Of a stretch of 64,000 bases of DNA, positions 56,773-64,000 are shown piece after piece. The notes under the pieces are model-generated. The model searched no databases. It was not told where the DNA came from and was given only the letters and a program-made list of their open reading frames with translations. Source of the stretch: Candidatus Latescibacterota bacterium. GTDB taxonomy: Bacteria; Latescibacterota; UBA2968. The first letter of the stretch is position 1. The number at the start of each line of letters is the position of its first letter. The position numbers were made by a program, and so were the translations under genes. The stretch covers positions 5,632,001 to 5,696,000 of the forward strand of contig OZ241986.1 in NCBI GenBank assembly GCA_965204375.1. Reading direction: 5' to 3'.

Positions 56773-59538
56773 ATGCGGTTTGGGAAATTTCACATTTTAT
56801 GGGTGATTCTGGTGTTTGCGTCGTGCAGCCGGGAGCGCGAGGTGCCCAATTTGGTGCGTGCTTCTGAGCCGGGGTTTACGGGGCTGGAACGGTGCGCTGC
56901 CTGCCATACCGACAAGTATGCCGAGTGGCGGCAGAGTTTGCACAGTGTCGCTATGACTGTGCCGAGTGATTCGACGATTGTGGGCGATTTTGACAATGTG
57001 TCCCATGTGTATGGCGGTGTGCGTTCGCGCATGTTTCGCAGGGGTGGTGCGTATTATATGCAGACTGAGGATAAGGATGGGCGCGTTGAGGCATATCGCG
57101 TGGATTACGCGATTGGCAAGCGACAGCATCAGGCTTATTTGACGGCTTTTCCCAATGGGCGATGGCAGGTGTTGCCGCTGTATCACGATGGCGCGACAAA
57201 TGATTGGGTCGATGCACAAGAAGGGGGGGTGGTGGCTCAGTCGCGGCCCCTGTCGGGAGAAGATTATTATTTCTGGACGAATGCGGGGCGCACGTGGAAT
57301 TTTCACTGTTTTGATTGCCATGCCAGCCGGGTGCAAAAGCATTACGATGTGCCTACTCAGGCTTATCGCACGACTGTGGGCAGTCTGAGTATTGATTGCG
57401 AGGCGTGTCACGGGCCGTCGGGCAAGCACGATGAGACGCGCGGACAGGTCGATGCCCCGTTGCATTTGCTGTTGTTGCGGTCGCTGGATAAGGAACGAGC
57501 TGTTGAAGTGTGTGCCCAGTGTCATGCTGCCAAGGAGATTGTGGCGACCGGGTATTTGCCGGGTGAGAATTTTTACGATTATTATTCTCTTGTGTTGCCA
57601 GATGACGAGGCGATTTTTTATCCCGATGGACAGCCCCGGGTTTATTTATATCCCACAGCATTGCATTTGATGAGTGCGTGCTATGTTCAGGGCGAATTGA
57701 CATGTACGACATGCCACGACGCGCACGGAACAGCGCGCGATGTCGATCTGGTGGCGGATCGAAATGGCGTGGAGTTGTGCGAAACGTGTCACGGTGATAT
57801 CGCAGCTGATCCGGTCGCGCATGGGCATCACCGCGCGGGCAGTGTGGGCAATCAATGCGTGCAATGTCATATGCCGTATCACTATGTGACGGGGGAAAAT
57901 TTGACGGATCATCGCATTGCATCTCCTGCGCCTGAAAATACGGTGGTCAATGGCGTGCCCAATGCGTGCAATCAATGTCACGACGATAAGTCTCCGCAAT
58001 GGGCTTCTGCGTGGGCAAAGCAGTGGTACGGCGATTATCAGCGCGAAATTGTGGCGCGTACAACGGCGATTGCCAATGGGCAAAAGGGCGGTGGGGTGGC
58101 ACCGTTGATGCAGTTGGTAAACGACGGGGGTGAGAGTGCGGTTTGGCGTGCAACGGCTGCGTCTTTGCTGGGGAGCCTGGGGGATGTACGCGCAGTGCCA
58201 GCGCTGGTTGAGGCGATGGACGATTCGCATGCGATGGTGCGGATGAAAGCCGCGATTTCGCTGGGGCGTTTGGGCGATGTACGCGGTCTGTCTGCGCTTT
58301 TGGATGCGTTGTCCGATTCAGCGCGTATTGTGCGGGTGCAAGCGCCGTTCGCGCTGATGGATATTGGCTATTTGCCAGATGGTTCTGCTGTGGGCGATGC
58401 GTTTCGCAAGGCACTTGAGGAGCATCGCGATGTGGTGTATGGCGTGCAGGGCGACGATCCGGGCTTTCACGAGAGTTTGGGACAGGTGTATGAAGCGCAG
58501 GGGCTTTTTGAAGATGCGAGGCGGGAGTTTGAGATTGTTGCGAAGTTAGATCCCCGGCATCCGGAGACCGCGGCTGATCTGGCGCGATTGGCGCAAAAAC
58601 AGAAGCGTTTTGGGCAGATGAGGGACTCGCTCAAGGAGAAGGGCGATTTGATTTCTCGATTGCGCGCAGGTGCATTGCTGTTGCACCACGGGCGCTATGT
58701 AGATGCTGCGGTTGCTTTTGATGATGTGCGCGATGGTTCGCCCGTTTTGCATACTGCTGTGGGGAATGCGCTGTGGGGCAGTGGGGACCGCGCAGGTGCT
58801 ATCGAAGTCTATCGCCGTGCGCTTGCAATTGCGCCGGGATACAAACCGGTGATTCGACAACTCGCGTTATTGGCGTTTTCGGCTGGCGATGGCGAGGTGC
58901 GCGATGATTATGAGTGGGACGAGATGCCGATAGGCGATTGGGTGGAAAAGGGGACGGCACACGCACTGTCGGGCGATTGGGCACTGGCACGCGCGGCATA
59001 CCGCAGAGCGCTGGAAATGGAGGATGCGGGTACGGGATTATTTGGGTTGGGCAGGCAGGCGCGAGAAGCGGGGATCGCAAAATCGGATTCGGCTTTTGCC
59101 ACCGGGCACCGCGTCTATGTACAGGGTGCGCTGGCAGATGCGTTGCCGCATTTTGAAGTTGCGAAAAAATACCATGCCAACCGCGCCGATGTGTATGCGA
59201 TGCAGGGGCTTATTCGCGCTGATTTGGGCGAGTTAGAGGTTGCCGAGTCTCTTTTGCTCGATGCGTTGATTGTCGATCCTTTTTATGTGCCCGCGCTTAC
59301 GGTGCTGGGTACGGTTTTACAGGAGCGCGGCGATATAGAAGGTGCGCTGTCTGTGTATCGACAAGCGTGGGTGCTGGAGCCGGAAGCGCAGGGGTTGGAG
59401 TTGTTTATGGGACAGGCTTATGCCATAAGTGGACAGCGAGATAGTGCGATTGTGGTTTTGCGGCGCGTGATTGCGCGCGAGCCGGGCAATGTGCAGGTGC
59501 GCGATTTGTTGCGCGAATTGGAAGGGCGTGAATTGTGA
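56773..59538 (+). CDS. Multiheme (8 CxxCH) cytochrome c with HEAT and TPR repeats
   Basis: CAACH, CFDCH, CEACH, CAQCH, CTTCH, CETCH, CVQCH, CNQCH; LG.LGD.RA...L HEAT repeats; C-terminal TPRs. Confidence 0.88.
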   Translation: MRFGKFHILWVILVFASCSREREVPNLVRASEPGFTGLERCAACHTDKYAEWRQSLHSVAMTVPSDSTIVGDFDNVSHVYGGVRSRMFRRGGAYYMQTEDKDGRVEAYRVDYAIGKRQHQAYLTAFPNGRWQVLPLYHDGATNDWVDAQEGGVVAQSRPLSGEDYYFWTNAGRTWNFHCFDCHASRVQKHYDVPTQAYRTTVGSLSIDCEACHGPSGKHDETRGQVDAPLHLLLLRSLDKERAVEVCAQCHAAKEIVATGYLPGENFYDYYSLVLPDDEAIFYPDGQPRVYLYPTALHLMSACYVQGELTCTTCHDAHGTARDVDLVADRNGVELCETCHGDIAADPVAHGHHRAGSVGNQCVQCHMPYHYVTGENLTDHRIASPAPENTVVNGVPNACNQCHDDKSPQWASAWAKQWYGDYQREIVARTTAIANGQKGGGVAPLMQLVNDGGESAVWRATAASLLGSLGDVRAVPALVEAMDDSHAMVRMKAAISLGRLGDVRGLSALLDALSDSARIVRVQAPFALMDIGYLPDGSAVGDAFRKALEEHRDVVYGVQGDDPGFHESLGQVYEAQGLFEDARREFEIVAKLDPRHPETAADLARLAQKQKRFGQMRDSLKEKGDLISRLRAGALLLHHGRYVDAAVAFDDVRDGSPVLHTAVGNALWGSGDRAGAIEVYRRALAIAPGYKPVIRQLALLAFSAGDGEVRDDYEWDEMPIGDWVEKGTAHALSGDWALARAAYRRALEMEDAGTGLFGLGRQAREAGIAKSDSAFATGHRVYVQGALADALPHFEVAKKYHANRADVYAMQGLIRADLGELEVAESLLLDALIVDPFYVPALTVLGTVLQERGDIEGALSVYRQAWVLEPEAQGLELFMGQAYAISGQRDSAIVVLRRVIAREPGNVQVRDLLRELEGREL

Positions 59539-60728
59539 AGCGCTGGATGAAAATTGTCGGTGTTGGCGTGCTGGCGTTGGGTTGCGTCTCTGGTGTGTTT
59601 TATGTGTTGCAGCCGGAAGAGGCGGTTCGGTTTGCCGCTCGCCCGGGTTTTTTGTGGCGCATCCAGAGTGACCAGTCGTGCGAAGGGTGTCATCGGAATA
59701 TCGATCCGGGTATGGATAAACAGTGGCGCGAAAGTGCCCATTTTCGAGCCAATGTGGGGTGTGCAGATTGTCACGGCGAGAACCACGAGACGGTTTTTGC
59801 TGTTCGGGGGCAGGTGTCGGCGGGGATGTGTGGCAAATGTCACGCAGAAGAGGTTGCGGCATTTGCCGAGAGCGGACATGCCGATGCAGAATTGGCCGCG
59901 TTGTCAGATGCGCGTTTTTTGGCGCAGTCTCGCGCGATGCAAGAAGAGGGGTGTATGGGGTGCCACAGCATTGGTGCCCGGTTTGCCGATGGCAGCGTGG
60001 GGGGGTGCAATACCTGTCATCCGAGTCATGAATTTAGTGCGGCGCTTGCGCGAGAGCCAGAGGCATGTGCCGTTTGTCACGGCGGTCCGGATCATCCGGT
60101 GATGGAGGCGTATAAGACGAGTATTCACGGGGTTTTGTATTATGCGGATAGGGATGCTGAGAAGTCGCCGAGTTGTGTGACGTGTCACATGCCCAATGGC
60201 GATCACGGGCATGTGGCTAATATCGGGTTGGGTGCGGTATTTACGGGCGCGGTACTCGAGGAGGATTTTTTGCCGCATCTGGCGATGAAGCGTTTGACAA
60301 AAGAGGAATTTGAAGCGAATCGGAATGCGATGTTGCAAGTGTGCGCGCCGTGTCATTCCAATCGGTTTTCTCGAGAGAGCCTTGAGCGCGCAGATGCGAT
60401 TAAGCGCGAGGCAGACGCGCTGGTTGCGGAATCTTATGCGTTGATTAAGGCGTTGTACGATGAAGGAGCGTTGGATCCCATGCCCGAAGACCGTCCGGCC
60501 AATCCGGTGGTTGGACACGCTTTTGAGCTGGGCGGGCAGCAGTTATACGAAAATACATCGGAGATTGAGCAGGCGTTTTTCAGGTTGTTCAAGTTTTATC
60601 ACGCGACTACGTTTAAGGCGGCGTATCACCATTCGCCAGATTATACGCATTGGGAGGGTATCGTGCGGATGAAGATGGAGATGGATAAAATCCGTACGGA
60701 GGCAAGGCGGTTGCGGAAAGGCAACTGA
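59535..60728 (+). CDS. Compact octaheme cytochrome c, HAO family
   Basis: N-terminal TM; CEGCH, CADCH, CGKCH, CMGCH, CNTCH, CAVCH, CVTCH, CAPCH; CHGGPDHP and HHSPDYTHWEG; GTGA overlap. Confidence 0.88.
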   Translation: MKRWMKIVGVGVLALGCVSGVFYVLQPEEAVRFAARPGFLWRIQSDQSCEGCHRNIDPGMDKQWRESAHFRANVGCADCHGENHETVFAVRGQVSAGMCGKCHAEEVAAFAESGHADAELAALSDARFLAQSRAMQEEGCMGCHSIGARFADGSVGGCNTCHPSHEFSAALAREPEACAVCHGGPDHPVMEAYKTSIHGVLYYADRDAEKSPSCVTCHMPNGDHGHVANIGLGAVFTGAVLEEDFLPHLAMKRLTKEEFEANRNAMLQVCAPCHSNRFSRESLERADAIKREADALVAESYALIKALYDEGALDPMPEDRPANPVVGHAFELGGQQLYENTSEIEQAFFRLFKFYHATTFKAAYHHSPDYTHWEGIVRMKMEMDKIRTEARRLRKGN

Positions 60729-60749
60729 TCTTCGCGGTGTGGAATGGCC

Positions 60750-60808
60750 GTAGGGGCGAGGCAGGCCTCGCCCGTGTTTGTCATCGCGGCATGATTTTGA
60801 GCCGCGAT
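60750..60808. repeat. GTAG REP-like hairpin plus a second hairpin, possibly the operon end
   Basis: GTAGGGGCGAGGC-AG-GCCTCGCCC; ATCGCGGC...GCCGCGAT. Confidence 0.55.
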
Positions 60809-61098
60809 CAAGTGTTTGTATTGTAAGTGATTACTAAACTGTTAAAAGATGTAAAAAAAATGAGTTGCATAGCGCATAATTTTTTTTTACATTAAATCGA
60901 AATTTTTGGAAACATTTTTGAAACAAACTTTTAATCTGTTGTGTCTTGATGGCTGTTTTTGTGCTGTATGTTTCAGATGTGAGAAGAAAATAATAAAATA
61001 AAAAGGAGGTGATGGATAGAGATAGATTTGTTTTGCGTTGCATATAGTAAAGTTGTTAAGTCGTTCATTTTTCGCAGTTTGCGAAAGGAGGTAGCACT

Positions 61099-61872
61099 TT
61101 GAGATGGTTTAAAGTTCTGAGTTTTGTCGTCGCAGGTGTGTTGGCGTCGGCAAGCATGTCTTCGGCTCAGGTTGCCGGCAAGTGGGGTCTGGGCGGTTTT
61201 GTCAGCTATACCAATCCCCTGTTCACCTTTGGTGAACGGTTTGGCAGTGGTGTGGATAAATGGGGGCTTACTGCCAGTCGCGTGAGTAGCTCTCGCCTGA
61301 CCGTTGAAGCCGAATTTCACCACACGCAGATGGATGGTGGTGCTCTGGAAACCGGTGAGTTTACCTGGTCCCCCAAGGCTTTGACAGCCAAACAATACAG
61401 CAGCAAAGATATCAACCCGAATAGTTCGCACACGAATCGCTTTAATAGTGTGCTATTGTCCGGGTTGTGGTTTTTTAATGCGGACCGTTCAATGGATGAG
61501 GGGAGTTTTTCGCCCTATATCGTTGCGGGTGGCGGTGTTTACGATCACAAGACCATAGCAGAAAATATCGTTTGGCCGGGGCAGAGTCCGACCGATGCCA
61601 GCGGTGTAGATGCGACGAATGTGGATGCCCAGGGCGATATTTTGCCCCAGGTAGTGATGGACCGTCAGGAAGATACACGCACGGCCGTGACCGCGGTGTT
61701 GGGGTTGGGGTTGGAAGCGCATGTGACGCAGACGATCGCGCTGGATGTGCGTGCGCGGTATCATTTTATTCTCGGCGAACTCCGCCCTCGAGATGCATGG
61801 GGTCTGGATAAGGCATTTCCGCTTCAGATGTTTGATCTGAGTGCTGGGTTCAAGTTTTATTTTTGGGACTAA
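61099..61872 (+). CDS. Outer-membrane beta-barrel protein (OmpA-like membrane domain)
   Basis: Signal peptide; SPYIVAGGG, LDVRARYH and terminal GFKFYF; RBS AAGGAGG. Confidence 0.8.
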   Translation: MRWFKVLSFVVAGVLASASMSSAQVAGKWGLGGFVSYTNPLFTFGERFGSGVDKWGLTASRVSSSRLTVEAEFHHTQMDGGALETGEFTWSPKALTAKQYSSKDINPNSSHTNRFNSVLLSGLWFFNADRSMDEGSFSPYIVAGGGVYDHKTIAENIVWPGQSPTDASGVDATNVDAQGDILPQVVMDRQEDTRTAVTAVLGLGLEAHVTQTIALDVRARYHFILGELRPRDAWGLDKAFPLQMFDLSAGFKFYFWD

Positions 61873-61887
61873 AGGAGGTAAAAGTTG

Positions 61888-64000
61888 ATGCAAAAGATAC
61901 TCTCAATAATTGTGCTGGCCTTGCTTGTTAGCGCGGGTGTTTCACATGCCGCGATAACGGGAAAAGTGCAGGGTACCGTGCGCGACGCGCAGACGGGTGA
62001 GATCGTGCCGGGTGCCAATGTGGTGATCGATGGTACACAGCGCGGTGGAGTCACCGATGCCGATGGATTCTTTGTAATTTTGCTCGTCGATCCCGGCACG
62101 TATTCAATGACGGCCTCGTTAGTGGGTTATGATTCACAGCGTCAGACCGACATCAGGGTTCAAACTGACTTGACGACGACGGTTGATTTCCAGATTCGGG
62201 AAGCAACTCTGGAGTTGGGTGAAATCACGGTGATTGCAGAGCGTCCGCCGGTTGAGCCAGATAAGACGACGAGTAAATATATTATGAGTGCCGAAGATCT
62301 CGAGGCTGTGCCCATCGTGCGCGATATGGGTGAGTTCATCGAGCTTCAGGCTGGTGTTTCAATCGATGCCGATGGTAATGAGCTTCAGATCCGCGGCGGC
62401 GACCCCGACCATGTGGCATACATCGTGGATGGCGTTCGCATTGCTTCGAGTGCTCGCTCGGGTATTGGTCGGAGCCTGAACAAGAGTGCGGTTCAGGAAC
62501 TCCAGGTGATTACGGGTGGTTATAACGCCGAGTATGGCAATGCCCAGGGTGGTGTGGTTTCGATGGTGACGCGCGATGGCGGTTCGGCATACAGCGGTAT
62601 GCTGGACTATCGATTCACACCTGCCGGACAGAAGCACTGGGGTGCGAATGTGTACGATTCGCCAATGCACCGGGGCAGCAACAGGTGGGATAGTGCCGAC
62701 TGGGTTGCAGAGCAGATCGAGATCCCCGCTGACCTGGATGGCGATGGTGCCAATGACATCGTGCAGGCGCACAAGCGTCTGGACTACACGGGCAAAATGG
62801 GACATCGCATCGATGCCAATATCGCGGGTCCACTGAGTCAGGACATGACATTTTTTGCCAGCACGGTCTGGCGCAAAGAGCCGTCGGCATTGCTGAATGC
62901 CAATTTGACGACGCCCCCGAATACGCGCAATACGGCGAAGCTGACGTTTTCCGCGTCTCCCAGCTTGAAGTTGCGAGCAGGGGGGATTTACAATTGGAGG
63001 GAAGGTACCTCTAGCGGCCCGAGCGAAGGCGGCAGGTTGGATTTGCGCAACGCTGGTAAAAATATCTTTTTACACGTCGTAAATCCAACGGGTAATTTCA
63101 TTGCCACAGATGCGTTGTTTTACGGTGCTGTGACGCATTCCCTGTCTCCCAAGACTTTTTACGAAGTGAATCTGGCCTATTCGACGACGGACCGCGATAC
63201 AACGGGTTTTCATGGCCACTCTGTCGTGGATGAAGATCTGACGTCTTCCAGCACAAAGGATGCGGCGGGTCACTACACGATTTACCGCGAAGTGTCCAAC
63301 TGGGCCCTGTCGAGTTACAAACGATTGAGCTTTAAGGCAGATCTTTCCAGCCAGGTGAACAAGCAGAACTTTGTGAAAGCCGGCGTGGAAGTGATCCGCT
63401 ACGACAACTGGTATCAGCGTTGGTGGTCAAATGGTCCCACGCACCGTAGCCTTATTTGGTTCTCCAAGAATTATACAGATACGGCATTCTGGCCGAATGG
63501 GAATAATGTGGGCCTCAATCCCATTGATTTTGGTGTTTATATTCAGGACAAGATCGAGTTTGAGGGAATGATCGTGAATGCGGGCCTGAGGGGCGAGCTT
63601 TTCTTCCCGAATACCTATATCAAAGACACCGATGCCTGGTACGGTGCTAAGGCACCCTGGAATGGCATGACGCGTTCCGCCTATATTCCCACAACCAAGG
63701 GACCCACGATCAAAGCATTTCAGCCTCGCGTTGGCGTGTCGCATCCGATTACGGAAAAGAGTCTCGTGCGCTTCTTCTACGGTCGGTTTACGCAGCGCCC
63801 GACTCTCAGCCAAATGTTCCAGAACCAGTTCACGTCCAATGAGGCCGTGGATAGGGATCTGAATGGCAATGGTGCAATTGATCCCGGTGAGCAGTTCAAC
63901 GAGTTCAATGACTCTGGCTCACGGCACGGCACTCCGTATTTGCCTCCCGAAGAAACCACTTCTTTTGAAGTGGGCCTGGACTGGAACTTTGTGGGTGATT
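61888..64000 (+). CDS. TonB-dependent receptor with N-terminal carboxypeptidase-regulatory-like domain (3'-truncated by window edge)
   Basis: Absent from the ORF track because no stop occurs in the window; MQKILS..ITGKVQGTVRDAQTGE.VPGANV, IRGG, VITGGYNAEYGNAQGGVV, YIQDKIEF and FQPRVGVSHPI motifs. Confidence 0.92.
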   Translation, partial: MQKILSIIVLALLVSAGVSHAAITGKVQGTVRDAQTGEIVPGANVVIDGTQRGGVTDADGFFVILLVDPGTYSMTASLVGYDSQRQTDIRVQTDLTTTVDFQIREATLELGEITVIAERPPVEPDKTTSKYIMSAEDLEAVPIVRDMGEFIELQAGVSIDADGNELQIRGGDPDHVAYIVDGVRIASSARSGIGRSLNKSAVQELQVITGGYNAEYGNAQGGVVSMVTRDGGSAYSGMLDYRFTPAGQKHWGANVYDSPMHRGSNRWDSADWVAEQIEIPADLDGDGANDIVQAHKRLDYTGKMGHRIDANIAGPLSQDMTFFASTVWRKEPSALLNANLTTPPNTRNTAKLTFSASPSLKLRAGGIYNWREGTSSGPSEGGRLDLRNAGKNIFLHVVNPTGNFIATDALFYGAVTHSLSPKTFYEVNLAYSTTDRDTTGFHGHSVVDEDLTSSSTKDAAGHYTIYREVSNWALSSYKRLSFKADLSSQVNKQNFVKAGVEVIRYDNWYQRWWSNGPTHRSLIWFSKNYTDTAFWPNGNNVGLNPIDFGVYIQDKIEFEGMIVNAGLRGELFFPNTYIKDTDAWYGAKAPWNGMTRSAYIPTTKGPTIKAFQPRVGVSHPITEKSLVRFFYGRFTQRPTLSQMFQNQFTSNEAVDRDLNGNGAIDPGEQFNEFNDSGSRHGTPYLPPEETTSFEVGLDWNFVGD

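Noticed and set aside
56687-56806. Short hydrophobic frame (KSQVIALVAVALVGVTVYIFLLAHQQDVLCGLGNFTFYG) as a YcaO precursor or small membrane protein
   Set aside because: It is preceded directly by a stop, has no ATG or RBS, overlaps the next gene start, and lacks a leader/core pattern.

Overview
A gene-dense bacterial chromosomal window with about 50 CDSs. I found no rRNA, tRNA, CRISPR array or transposase. The gene style (many sulfatases, TPR and ankyrin proteins, multiheme cytochromes, a paired EF-hand/dockerin-like C-terminal module, a TonB receptor) suggests a Latescibacterota/Gemmatimonadota-like organism; that placement is inference only. Main observations: (1) Two genes that the ORF track splits at an in-frame TGA are probably selenoproteins. 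One is a rhodanese with UGA at the catalytic Cys position (37555-38382). The other is a secreted redoxin(UxxC)-Ig-like-EF-hand/dockerin-like protein (52108-53418, minus strand) whose downstream hairpin places GU at +23/+24, as in the E. coli fdhF SECIS. (2) A translationally coupled TPR-YcaO pair with no visible precursor peptide or TfuA/E1 partner, followed by an FGE-domain lipoprotein, an octaheme-HEAT-TPR protein and an octaheme HAO-like cytochrome. (3) A b6-type Rieske/cytochrome b operon whose third gene is another octaheme HAO-like protein lacking the crosslinking Tyr. (4) A two-gene module with a HEPN-motif protein inserted in a catabolic cluster. (5) A low-GC restriction-modification island with a doubly disrupted endonuclease. 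(6) Unusual fusions (BNR propeller-amidase, HTH-penicillin acylase) and several families of small dispersed repeats. All product calls come from motif recognition by eye; no database search was run.
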